From: Pseudobacteriovorax antillogorgiicola
GTDB lineage: Bacteria > Bdellovibrionota_B > Oligoflexia > Oligoflexales > RGVZ01
Length of the DNA stretch: 64,000 bases
Assembly (NCBI GenBank): GCA_945865565.1
Contig: CAMBEK010000002.1
Coordinates: 113,644-177,643 of the forward strand
Reading direction: 5' to 3'
The position numbers and the translations under genes are program-made. Numbering within the stretch: position 1 is the first letter of the stretch; each line of letters opens with the position of its first letter. The notes below the pieces were generated by a model. It saw only the letters and a program-made list of their open reading frames with translations. It was not told the origin of the DNA and made no database searches. Of this stretch, positions 36,893 to 45,887 are shown in pieces.

Positions 36893-37884
36893 ACCGCTCC
36901 CTAATTGAACAGTTTAAGTTGCGTGCCGCAATGCGCCGCACGATCCGTGATTTTTTTGACTCGAATGGATTCACGGAAGTCGAGACGCCGTGCCTTGTCC
37001 GAACCCCCGGCACGGAGGTATATTTAAACTATTTTGAAACCAGCTGGGAGTCCCTTCGCGAGGAACGGGAGCTGCTCTATTTGCGATCAAGTCCTGAACT
37101 TCACATGAAGCAGGCGCTCGCTGCGGGCTGTCAGAAAATCTATCAACTTGGTCCATGTTTTCGGAACAAGGGTGAGATTGGTGCCTGGCATCATCCAGAG
37201 TTTACAATGCTCGAGTGGTATCATTGCGGTAGCACCTACGAATCTTTTATGACTGAGACCGCTGATCTTTTGCGTGAAGTGACAAAGTCGATAACTGCTC
37301 TTGGTTATCAGTCACTCGCGATCCCGGACAATGTTCCAACATTCACGGTGGCTGACGCATTTAAAAAATTTTCCGGGATTCTTCTTGTCGACCAGGATCC
37401 GGATTTGGCTGGACAGGCCAAGATGGCAGGAGTGGTCTCCATCCGCGGGGACGAGGATTTTGATACCGCTTTTTTCAAAATCCTTCTCGAAAAAATCGAG
37501 CCTGCTTTAGGGTTATTTCCGGTTGCGATCCTTTGCGACTATCCGCCTTCTCAAGCAGCGCTCGCTGCGATATCGGGTGGAGTTGCCAAACGATTTGAGT
37601 TCTTCCTGAATGGAATTGAACTGAGCAACGCATTCTTGGAGTTATCTGGCCGTGCTGAAAATGAGGCGCGGATCAAGGAGAGTTCCGGGAAGCGGAAAGA
37701 CGTTGGGCTGCCCCCAGTCCCTCTGGATGCTGATTTTCTTGAGGCCATGGAGGCCGGTATGCCGTCATGTGCTGGTAATGCGTTGGGGTTTGAGCGTTTG
37801 CTGGCTCTCCTTCTTGGAGATCACGGAATTTCCGGCGTCCTTCCTTTCCGTCAATCTTCTGTTTGGCGAAAACACCTCCCTTGA
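36889..37884 (+). CDS. epmA: EF-P (R)-beta-lysine ligase (GenX/PoxA, class II LysRS paralog)
   Basis: 331 aa. Class II motif 2 CFRNKGEIGAWHHPEFTMLEWY closely resembles E. coli GenX. The ATG overlaps the Lon-like stop (ATGA). Confidence 0.85.
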   Translation: MNRSLIEQFKLRAAMRRTIRDFFDSNGFTEVETPCLVRTPGTEVYLNYFETSWESLREERELLYLRSSPELHMKQALAAGCQKIYQLGPCFRNKGEIGAWHHPEFTMLEWYHCGSTYESFMTETADLLREVTKSITALGYQSLAIPDNVPTFTVADAFKKFSGILLVDQDPDLAGQAKMAGVVSIRGDEDFDTAFFKILLEKIEPALGLFPVAILCDYPPSQAALAAISGGVAKRFEFFLNGIELSNAFLELSGRAENEARIKESSGKRKDVGLPPVPLDADFLEAMEAGMPSCAGNALGFERLLALLLGDHGISGVLPFRQSSVWRKHLP

Positions 37885-38056
37885 TCAGGGGGGTGACATT
37901 AAATGCCACTTCACGAACAGGTCATCCAAGGTGCAGTCTCTGCGCAATTGGAGGACTTTGTGATGGCTGCTCTGGATTTGAAGTTGTGGTTTGTTGGGAT
38001 CTGTTTCCTTGCCTCCATGATTTCTCGCCACCAATCCTCGATCAATCAGATGGAAG

Positions 38057-38368
38057 TTGATGTCGGCCATGCGGCTGGCACCGAAACTGCCTACATTGAG
38101 TGCCTTAAATCGCAATCCGGCAGTCCATGCGGCTCCGACGGGGTTGGCCCCGCCAGGATTTCAAGCCGCCGTGGCGGTGTCGAGATTATTTACCGGCGAC
38201 GGTCTGGGGGCGCGTAATCCTGTGCAGCTTCTTCTTGCGGTTTTTATTGTAATGGCTGCCTTTGAACTGTGGCTTCTCGACTGGTCACGAATCGTTTTTC
38301 GTACGGGCGATATGATGAACCGACCGGCGGCAGAGGCGGCTGAGCTGGGGCAGAATAGTTATGATTGA
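38057..38368 (+). CDS. Hypothetical bitopic membrane protein (about 100 aa)
   Basis: Single TM segment VQLLLAVFIVMAAFELWLL. It competes with the overlapping ORF 37903..38217, which has a better RBS. Start and frame choice are uncertain. Confidence 0.3.
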   Translation: MMSAMRLAPKLPTLSALNRNPAVHAAPTGLAPPGFQAAVAVSRLFTGDGLGARNPVQLLLAVFIVMAAFELWLLDWSRIVFRTGDMMNRPAAEAAELGQNSYD

Positions 38369-38374
38369 GGGCGA

Positions 38375-38851
38375 GTGATGAGAATTCTAAACATATCCTT
38401 TCTTAGAGGGATTTCAGAATTACCTTGCGAGGCTATTCTCGTTTCCTTGGCCACTCATTTCACAGCCATCCTTCTGGGAATATCTGCAGCCACGATTTTA
38501 GAGGGAGATGCATGGCCAACTGCCGCGTTCCAATTGCTTGAGGCGTCGGTAGTTTTTGCGGTGCCAATCCAAATCGCTGACATTGGTTCGCATTCGCCCG
38601 GTGAAAAAATCAAACTGGTCAGGTCGGGAGTTGAGCCCTGCGCCTTTCAAAGTAAAGCATTGGAATTACTTTCAGTCGATCCCGTGGTTTTGGTTTCTCA
38701 AAGTATTTCTGTTGCCAGTGGAAGCGAAATTCATGCGCTGAGTGAATGGGTCTCAGTGGCAGGAAATCACGTGGCCATTGGGGACCCTGGGATTGCAAAA
38801 TGTAAGGATAATTCCCGGATGGATGTTGTTGTTGAACGGCAGGTTCCGTGA
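38375..38851 (+). CDS. Hypothetical protein (158 aa) upstream of the secretin-like gene
   Basis: Its stop overlaps the next ORF (GTGA). The C-terminal VSVAGNHVAIGDPGIAKC faintly resembles pilus/secretin N-terminal domains. No firm assignment. Confidence 0.35.
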   Translation: MMRILNISFLRGISELPCEAILVSLATHFTAILLGISAATILEGDAWPTAAFQLLEASVVFAVPIQIADIGSHSPGEKIKLVRSGVEPCAFQSKALELLSVDPVVLVSQSISVASGSEIHALSEWVSVAGNHVAIGDPGIAKCKDNSRMDVVVERQVP

Positions 38852-38877
38852 CGGTAGCGCCCTTCAATTTCAGCAAC

Positions 38878-40023
38878 ATGATGGTGAAGTCGCCTTTCAA
38901 GATTGCATTTTTGACGCTGTTTTTTTTCTGCAAGGCACTCAACGCAGCGGGACTTCCTGAGAAGAGGCGTCTACCGCTCGGTGAGACAATTCGCTTGGCT
39001 ATGCCAGGTGTCGATCGAGTTCGTCTTAGTCGTGATGGTATAGTGCTCGCGCGACATGGAACGGGAAATGAATGGCTCTTGACCGGAATGGCGAGAGGTG
39101 TGGTGTTGGTCCACCCCGAGGGCGTTGCGTCCGGAGAGCGAGAGCTCGTGATTGAGGTATTTTCACCGGCAGCGCGAGCGGCATCCGTGGTGTCGTCGAA
39201 AAAAATAAATCAAGCGCATGCTTTACCCGGTCCAAAGTCTGAATATGGGTGCGATACCGCCATGGAAAAATTTGGCGCATTTCAGTTTCTGGTTTCGATG
39301 AGTTCACGGCGAAAGGCGATGGAGGCCGGGGTTTCGCCGCGCATTAACCTTACGGCTCAGGGCAATTTTGAATCAAATGGGAAGTCACTTAGCCTTGCTC
39401 GCGCCGTTATCGGAGTTGGCACATCTGATGTTTCCGGGCGAATGGATTCAAAAGTGATAGCTAGGCCGAGGATGGTGCTGTTTCCCGGTGTGGAGTCTGT
39501 TGTTCGCAGTGGTGGTGAATTCAAAACTGAATCTCCAGTATTTCCATTTAGCCATGGAGGTGGAAATCAGGGCGGCATTTTTCCGGGAAGGCTGGATGTC
39601 TGGAAAGAGTACGGACTTGCCATCCGGGCTAAATGGACGGAGTGCATCAATGAAAAAGCGGTTGTGGAGTTTGAGGTTTCGGTAACACAGAGAATGTCCG
39701 GGGGAGAGCATCACCTGCTCGCAGGCCGAATTTCTGGAAAACGAGCCATTGGAGTCGGGGTGAATGCCTTTGGTGGAGCTGTTGAATTTGCATCGGGGGC
39801 TCATTCACGCAGTGGATCATATTTTCTTGAGGGCATTCCAATTTTTGGGCCGCTACTCTCCAGGCGCGATGACGAGGATGGCGATGCGACAATGACGGTG
39901 TGGGTCGAAGGGTTGGATGATTCTATCGCCGGAGATGGGTTCTCTTCAACTGAAGCCCAGGGTTCAAAAGTCGATTCTGGCTCCAGCAGTGACGATGGTG
40001 CGGGAGAAGGAGTCGATCGTTGA
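38878..40023 (+). CDS. Small secretin-family (CpaC/RcpA-like) outer-membrane protein with acidic Ser/Gly/Asp tail
   Basis: Signal peptide MMVKSPFKIAFLTLFFFCKALNA. N-terminal pilus-formation-like segment RLPLGETIRLAMPGVDRVRLS...LLTGMARGVVLV. C-terminal secretin-like blocks VIARPRMVLFPGVESVVRSGGE, EYGLAIRAKWT, and FLEGIPIFGPLLSRR followed by TMTVWVEG. Confidence 0.5.
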   Translation: MMVKSPFKIAFLTLFFFCKALNAAGLPEKRRLPLGETIRLAMPGVDRVRLSRDGIVLARHGTGNEWLLTGMARGVVLVHPEGVASGERELVIEVFSPAARAASVVSSKKINQAHALPGPKSEYGCDTAMEKFGAFQFLVSMSSRRKAMEAGVSPRINLTAQGNFESNGKSLSLARAVIGVGTSDVSGRMDSKVIARPRMVLFPGVESVVRSGGEFKTESPVFPFSHGGGNQGGIFPGRLDVWKEYGLAIRAKWTECINEKAVVEFEVSVTQRMSGGEHHLLAGRISGKRAIGVGVNAFGGAVEFASGAHSRSGSYFLEGIPIFGPLLSRRDDEDGDATMTVWVEGLDDSIAGDGFSSTEAQGSKVDSGSSSDDGAGEGVDR

Positions 40024-42603
40024 TGGAGTCGATGTTGTCATGTGTTGGTTGGCGGTCAGGTCGATCATCAAAAAGTTAGTCAGGGCATGTTCAAAATTCA
40101 GGCCGACGTTGATCGTCGTTTGCTTGACCGGTGAAACCAGCGCCTCTGCATCCTCATTGCTGATGCTTCTTGTCAGAGTATCGGATCCGGTGAGGAGGCG
40201 CAGGGTTGCTCGATCAAGAACCTTGCGTGCCATCGTAAGTTTCGCATTTATCAACCGGATTGCACCCGTGCCATCAGGTGGGCCTGATCTGCTGGCGGAT
40301 AAGGTTCCGCCCTCCAGGGTAACGTTGGTGCTCCCTTTTGTCTCTCCCGCGAGTGAATTTGGTCCAAACGGCACCACTTTCAAAAAAATCCGGGAAATGT
40401 TTCCTGTATCGTCGGCCGTTCCTGAACGTTCCCCGGTCAGATAATCGAGTGCATGCTCGAGGCTGGGTTGCGGATCGACTGCCCTGCCATTTTGATAGGT
40501 GAACTCGCTACCCATCAGCCATGGTAAAGATAACGTCATGCCAGCGCCGGCTTCATCGTGAACCCTCTGACTGCCGACACCGCCCATAATCATGTAAGCA
40601 TTCAAACCCAGGTCCATGAACGGGGCGCTTCCGCTTGAATCCTCTGAAATCACATTTTTTGACGCGCGGGTATAAAAAATACCCAACTGTCCTGCGTAGG
40701 TGCTTACTCCGTAATTCGCCAGATCCGAGTCCACGTACCTGCTTTTTTGCAGGTTCAATTTGAACTCGATACCACCGCGATCTTGATCATCCTGTGCCAG
40801 TTCATCGCTGGCAGATCCGCGTGACACAAGCGCAAGACTGCCAACCGCAAATCCTGTCTGGTTGTGGGTTACCCCAACAGGAAGGGAATCCTTGTTGCTT
40901 GGTGTTTTCAGCCCAAAAATGTTCGAGTTGTATCCAACGTGCAACGTCGACGTCCAGGTTGAACCTGGGAGGAAATCGATCTTTTTCAGGAGCATTCTGG
41001 CCTCGGTTCTTCCCTCTTCTGTCATGCGATCGGTTGCCGCCCGTGACAAATAGACTTTCGCGCAGTGCCGGTACTCACCGAGGGCGCAGGATTTGCCGAC
41101 CATGTAGGCGCGATCCCCGGCCAGATCCGGTTCTTTCAGCCAGGCCTCAAGGTTGGCTGATGTGAAATGGGCAGCAGCAGCCGACCAAGATTTTTTCTTG
41201 TAATTAAGAATCGCGAGCATGATCTGTGCATTGTCGATTCCAGTGGAAGAATTTTTGATTTTTCCCGCTGTGGGGGCAACAAGTGCCTTTTGCAGCCACT
41301 CTTCTCCCTCTGGGAGGAGCAGCATTTCAACGTAACTACGCCCAATGAGATAACTTGCTTCCTGATCTTTAGCGGCATCATCCATCCGGTACAAAAGCGG
41401 CTCAATTCCCAGCCAAGGGTCCGATTGATTCAGTGCAGATTTGGCTGATCTCACTGCGTCGTTCAGTGATCCCGGCAAACGGTTTCGGAGAAATGAAAAT
41501 TTTTCGGTATCGGTTGCGTCACGTCTGCTCAGATACTGTGGCGTCGTGGTCCGAATAATCGCGGCGACGACGTCTTGTTCAGCTGGTGTGCCAGCCGGCT
41601 GTGGTCTTGATGGATCCTGCCCTGTAGCCGTCGTCGTGACCTTCATACGAATCATCGAACCCTGAGTGATTTTGAAAAAAACATTTTCGTCGGCGTGCCC
41701 TTTATAGCCGGCTTCCGTGTGGATGCGGATTGGACCGCGGAGGGCTGTAACTAAAATTTCATCGCCAGGCAGGCGCTGAACAATGAGGTCTTGTTTGCCG
41801 TCACCTCGAAAAACAAATCCTCCGGATGCGATATCCCAGCCGGGATCTCTATTGATCAATGTTCGTGAGCGAATGATTCCCCTCTCCAACCTGAGCAGCC
41901 CTCTTCCATTTGTTTTGCCTGACAGCCTTGCCATGCTGCCTTCCAGCAGCCATGTTTCATCGGAACCTGCCAATTTGACCGATAGTAGGCCTGGATCGCT
42001 CGTCCGCAGTGAGTCAGCTGTGCCAAGGGCTTCGGTCTCCCGGCCGATCACGTGGATGACGGATCGATTGTGGGAGTACCCGCGACCATTTGTTGCCGAA
42101 ACTGCGTGCTGCGAAAGAAAACTTCCGTTTTTTTTGTTCTTGTCCTCGGCGAGTTCTTTTTGACCTTCGGTGATTGGGCCGGGAGTAACAATAATTTCTT
42201 TTGGACTTTTTCCGGGCACAGGATCTCGGATCCTGAGGTTGAATTTGATGCTATCAGATCCTGTATCATCAAAAACGATGATGTAGACGGCATGATTTCC
42301 TGGCGAGATACTTGATGTTTTTAGTGTGCAGCTTGCATCTCGACACACAAGAGGCAGTGACCGGATTACCCATTTGATCTGGGGCACCAGCGACTTGTTG
42401 GACTTGAACTCGATTTTTAATTTTATGACGTCACCGCGCATGCCACTGACCAATTCTGGAGGCCCCGCGGTGATGATTGGTCGATCAAGGGTTGGTGATT
42501 TCCTTGCGGGATCCGCAGGTGGTGCAGCAAGCGACAGCCCGCTAACGCAGCAGGTGACGACCGCGGCAATTAATCTCATGGCATTTTGAGAAAACTTCAT
42601 CAC
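39964..42603 (-). CDS. Large envelope protein: signal peptide, Ig-like and FecR-like regions, TPR-like middle, C-terminal beta-barrel-like domain ending in Phe
   Basis: 879 aa. Signal MMKFSQNAMRLIAAVVTCCVSGLSLA. FecR-like LRLERGIIRSRT...FVFRGDG...ALRGPIRIH. Alternating beta pattern through the last roughly 350 aa, terminal ...AGARIDF. Lies 30 nt downstream of coaD. Confidence 0.65.
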   Translation of the reverse strand: MMKFSQNAMRLIAAVVTCCVSGLSLAAPPADPARKSPTLDRPIITAGPPELVSGMRGDVIKLKIEFKSNKSLVPQIKWVIRSLPLVCRDASCTLKTSSISPGNHAVYIIVFDDTGSDSIKFNLRIRDPVPGKSPKEIIVTPGPITEGQKELAEDKNKKNGSFLSQHAVSATNGRGYSHNRSVIHVIGRETEALGTADSLRTSDPGLLSVKLAGSDETWLLEGSMARLSGKTNGRGLLRLERGIIRSRTLINRDPGWDIASGGFVFRGDGKQDLIVQRLPGDEILVTALRGPIRIHTEAGYKGHADENVFFKITQGSMIRMKVTTTATGQDPSRPQPAGTPAEQDVVAAIIRTTTPQYLSRRDATDTEKFSFLRNRLPGSLNDAVRSAKSALNQSDPWLGIEPLLYRMDDAAKDQEASYLIGRSYVEMLLLPEGEEWLQKALVAPTAGKIKNSSTGIDNAQIMLAILNYKKKSWSAAAAHFTSANLEAWLKEPDLAGDRAYMVGKSCALGEYRHCAKVYLSRAATDRMTEEGRTEARMLLKKIDFLPGSTWTSTLHVGYNSNIFGLKTPSNKDSLPVGVTHNQTGFAVGSLALVSRGSASDELAQDDQDRGGIEFKLNLQKSRYVDSDLANYGVSTYAGQLGIFYTRASKNVISEDSSGSAPFMDLGLNAYMIMGGVGSQRVHDEAGAGMTLSLPWLMGSEFTYQNGRAVDPQPSLEHALDYLTGERSGTADDTGNISRIFLKVVPFGPNSLAGETKGSTNVTLEGGTLSASRSGPPDGTGAIRLINAKLTMARKVLDRATLRLLTGSDTLTRSISNEDAEALVSPVKQTTINVGLNFEHALTNFLMIDLTANQHMTTSTPSTIDSFSRTIVTAGARIDF

Positions 42604-42633
42604 ACCACCGGATACTGGGATTCCAATAAGAGG

Positions 42634-43176
42634 CTATCTGCTGATTTTTTCGGTAATCTGACGTGCAACTAAAGGCGGGACCAAAGAAGTGACGTCGCCG
42701 CCATAGAGAGCAACCTCCTTAACCAGGGTGGATGAAATGTGTCCGTAGGTCTGGGCCGTGGGAATGAAGATCGTTTCCAGGTCCCCGGATAGGCTACGGT
42801 TCATCAACGCCATTTGCATTTCATAAACGAAGTCCATTTCAGTCCTCAGGCCCCGAACCAGCGCAGATGCACCTTTCTGTGTGGCAAATGACACAGCCAG
42901 ACCGTTGAAGGTGGCAACCTCCACATTGGGGAGGTCGCCGCAGAGGTCTCGGATCATTTGCATGCGTTCAGCTGGGGTGAACATCGGGGGTTTTGACTGG
43001 TTGACCCCTATCGCAACGATAAGGTGGTCAAAGATTTTCGCGGCGCGACGAATTACATCCAAGTGCCCGTAGGTGACAGGATCAAAGCTGCCGGCGTAGA
43101 TTCCGGTTCTTTTCTCAGCCTTGACCTTCGGAGGGGGCCCTCTTTTTTTCCCAGCTTGTGATGAACGTGCCGCCAT
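42634..43176 (-). CDS. coaD: Phosphopantetheine adenylyltransferase
   Basis: GSFDPVTYGHLDVIRRA (T/HxGH motif). Carries an unusual 24-residue basic N-terminal extension overlapping rsmD by 62 nt. No alternative in-frame start is seen. Confidence 0.85.
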   Translation of the reverse strand: MAARSSQAGKKRGPPPKVKAEKRTGIYAGSFDPVTYGHLDVIRRAAKIFDHLIVAIGVNQSKPPMFTPAERMQMIRDLCGDLPNVEVATFNGLAVSFATQKGASALVRGLRTEMDFVYEMQMALMNRSLSGDLETIFIPTAQTYGHISSTLVKEVALYGGDVTSLVPPLVARQITEKISR

Positions 43177-43783
43177 ATTTTTTTTCCGTTTTAAACCTCA
43201 AAGATGCAGCGCCGGTTGGTACCCCGTGCTCGACGGCGTTTCCTGTTTCGATCATCAGGATTCCGTCGTCTTCAAGGGCCGCATCGGCAAATAGCAGAAG
43301 TTCTGGAAGGTAGCTGGAGGCCAAGGCATATGGTGGATCCGCCCAGATGATGTCAAATTGTTTGTGATTCCGGTTATTTATAGCAGCGTTCGCCATGCCA
43401 ATCGTCTCTGCAAGCAGCTTGCGAATGTCTTGGGCCAAGACCAGAATCCCAGGAGGTTGCTGCCTTTGGGCGAGGGATCTTCTCTCGCATTCAGTTAAAT
43501 TGCGACGCAACGCCGCCAGGGCGGCCGGCGCTGACTCTGCAAAAGTGCATTCGGCAGCACCGCGGCTCAAGGCCTCGATGCCAACGGCTCCGGATCCAGC
43601 AAACAGGTCGCAAAAGGCAGCTCCAGGGAGGCGGTTTTGGACGGCATTCATCGCCGCAGCCCGTGCTTTGGAGCTCGTCGGGCGTGTTTTGTCACCCGCT
43701 GGAGTCGCCAACCTCATCCCCCTGAAAATACCGGTGGAAATTACCGGTGACGGGGCTGTTTCGTGGGTCTTGTTTCTAGTCAT
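43115..43783 (-). CDS. rsmD: 16S rRNA (guanine966-N2)-methyltransferase
   Basis: SAM motif DLFAGSGAVGIEALSRGA and catalytic IIWADPPY. Conserved rsmD-coaD order. Confidence 0.85.
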   Translation of the reverse strand: MTRNKTHETAPSPVISTGIFRGMRLATPAGDKTRPTSSKARAAAMNAVQNRLPGAAFCDLFAGSGAVGIEALSRGAAECTFAESAPAALAALRRNLTECERRSLAQRQQPPGILVLAQDIRKLLAETIGMANAAINNRNHKQFDIIWADPPYALASSYLPELLLFADAALEDDGILMIETGNAVEHGVPTGAASLRFKTEKKYGGTFITSWEKKRAPSEGQG

Positions 43784-43865
43784 TCTTTTACAGTTGTAAT
43801 TTTGAGTGGATGTCCTAGTTATAGCCGTTCCATTTATAGCTTGGTCCTATAGCCTTGGGGAAGTC

Positions 43866-45794
43866 ATGAATATCCGTCAAATTCAAGAAGCCCGTGAACT
43901 GTATGGCATTGATGATTGGGGTGGTGGTTACTTCAGTATCGATGATCAGGGCTTCGTTGTGTGCCACCCAACCGGTGAAGAGCATTTGTCGGTGCCCCTG
44001 CCGGATGTTGTCGCAGCTTGCAAAGCACGCAGTCATAACTCCCCTATCATCCTCCGCTTTCCTCAGGTGATCGAGAGCCAGCTCGAGCGGATGCACAAGT
44101 CCTTCCGGACGGCGATTGGTGACTCTGGATTCAAGGGCCGCCACATGGGCGTGTTCCCTTTCAAGGTAAATCAGCGCCGTGAATTTATCGATGCCATCGT
44201 GTCTGCCGGCCAGGCGATGGACTATGGCCTCGAAGTTGGCAGCAAGACTGAATTTATTGCAGCCTTGAGCTACACGTTGCCTGAAAAAGCCTTGATGATT
44301 TGCAATGGATTCAAGGACAGCGAGTTCATTGAACTTGGGTTTGCAGCCTCCGCCATGGGTAAAAATGTGGTCGTGGTGGTTGAGGGTCCGGACGAATTAC
44401 AGCTTATCCTCGATCTGGCCGAGAAAAACCGCCATTGCCCGGAGATTGGACTTCGCGTCCGCCTTTACAGCAAAGGCTCAGGCAAATGGGAAAAATCGTC
44501 AGGTGAATCATCGAAGTTTGGTCTGACGACGACCGAAGTCATGCGCTGCCTCCAGATGCTCCAAGCTGCCAACCTTGGCGAGCGCCTGTCCATGTTGCAC
44601 TTTCACATCGGATCTCAGATCACCGAGATCAAGCGCTTCAAAAATGCCTTGAAGGAAGCGTCGCGGGTTTATGCCAAGGTCGTGAAGACGGGCTTTACCC
44701 CGAAATACTTGAATATCGGTGGTGGCGTTGGTGTTGACTATGATGGCAGCAAGACGTCGTTCCATTCCAGTGCAAATTACTCGCTGCAGGAATTCGCAAA
44801 CGACGCCGTCTATGTTCTTGGCGAAGTTTGTACCAATGAAAACGTTCCACATCCGACGATTGTCACCGAATCAGGCCGGGTGATTGCGGCCTATCACTCG
44901 GTTGTTGTCACAGACATTCGTGAGGTTCAGGGCGCTGACAGCCTAGAACCTCTCCATGAGCCACTCACTGAGGGACAGATGGTTCCCGTCGAGAACTTGA
45001 CGCACAAGGGCCTCAAAGAGCTCCGCTACATCCTCGACAACATGAACCGGAAAAATTACAACGAGTACTACCACGACGCGATTGAGTACCAGGAAGAGTT
45101 GTTCACTCTTTTCAACCTTGGGTATCTTCAACTAGCTGAGCGGGCGTTATCGGAAGAACTTTTCTATCGAATTTGTCGCAAAGCACTATATTTTGCTTCG
45201 TTTCACCGCCATCAGTCGGAGGAATTCGACAACCTCCAAAAACTGATGGTGAGCAAATACCTGGCTAACTTTTCAATCTTTCAATCCATTCCCGATTCGT
45301 GGGCGATTGATCAATTGTTTCCGGTAATGCCACTGTCACGGCATGATGAGAAGCCGACCCACAAGGCGACCATCGTTGACATCACGTGTGATTCCGATGG
45401 GTGTCTAACGACTTTTATCGATCGTTCTGATGTCAAGACAACCTTGGATTTACACGCCCCAAGCGAGCAGCCGTACTACATTGGATTCTTTTTAACGGGC
45501 GCTTATCAGGAAAGTCTGGCCAACGAGCATAATCTTTTTGGCGCCATCCACGAGGCTGAAATCCGTTTGAACGACGATGGCAACTGGGAGATCGTCAAGC
45601 TGACCAGTGGCGATCCAATTTGTGAACTTCTCGAGAGCCGCAATTACAGCATGAACGAGATTTACGAAAAGTATCAGATGCAGCTCGGTCGGGCGGTTTC
45701 CTCGAACCTGCTGACGGCCGAAGAGTCCAATGAAATCCTTGAGAATCTTATTAAGTTTTCCAAGGGTTATCCGTACCTCAAGGGGCAAATCTAA
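43866..45794 (+). CDS. speA: Biosynthetic arginine decarboxylase
   Basis: N-terminus YGIDDWGGGYF, PLP-fold block IGGGVGVDYDG, 642 aa from ATG 43866. The listed 43806 start adds 20 hydrophobic residues that are unlikely to be real. Confidence 0.9.
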   Translation: MNIRQIQEARELYGIDDWGGGYFSIDDQGFVVCHPTGEEHLSVPLPDVVAACKARSHNSPIILRFPQVIESQLERMHKSFRTAIGDSGFKGRHMGVFPFKVNQRREFIDAIVSAGQAMDYGLEVGSKTEFIAALSYTLPEKALMICNGFKDSEFIELGFAASAMGKNVVVVVEGPDELQLILDLAEKNRHCPEIGLRVRLYSKGSGKWEKSSGESSKFGLTTTEVMRCLQMLQAANLGERLSMLHFHIGSQITEIKRFKNALKEASRVYAKVVKTGFTPKYLNIGGGVGVDYDGSKTSFHSSANYSLQEFANDAVYVLGEVCTNENVPHPTIVTESGRVIAAYHSVVVTDIREVQGADSLEPLHEPLTEGQMVPVENLTHKGLKELRYILDNMNRKNYNEYYHDAIEYQEELFTLFNLGYLQLAERALSEELFYRICRKALYFASFHRHQSEEFDNLQKLMVSKYLANFSIFQSIPDSWAIDQLFPVMPLSRHDEKPTHKATIVDITCDSDGCLTTFIDRSDVKTTLDLHAPSEQPYYIGFFLTGAYQESLANEHNLFGAIHEAEIRLNDDGNWEIVKLTSGDPICELLESRNYSMNEIYEKYQMQLGRAVSSNLLTAEESNEILENLIKFSKGYPYLKGQI

Positions 45795-45813
45795 AGAACG
45801 ATCTTTAGTGATT

Positions 45814-45835
45814 CCGGAGGCTTGCCCGCCTCCGG
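45814..45835 (+). terminator. GC-rich hairpin after speA (terminator-like, no T-run)
   Basis: CCGGAGGC-TTGCCC-GCCTCCGG, 20 nt after the speA stop. Confidence 0.35.
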
Positions 45836-45887
45836 CTAAAGCCTGGCCCGAATCCTCCGAATCTTTGGAGAGATAACGGGAGGTTTT

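Noticed and set aside
37885-38115. 76-aa minus-strand ORF, and the alternative plus-frame ORF 37903..38217
   Set aside because: I could not decide coding status by eye. The minus ORF has no recognisable features. I translated the minus strand across 38116-38400 and found only short, low-quality frames. 37903..38217 has a good RBS (GGGGGTG) but conflicts with 38057..38368. I left both as unresolved rather than calling them.
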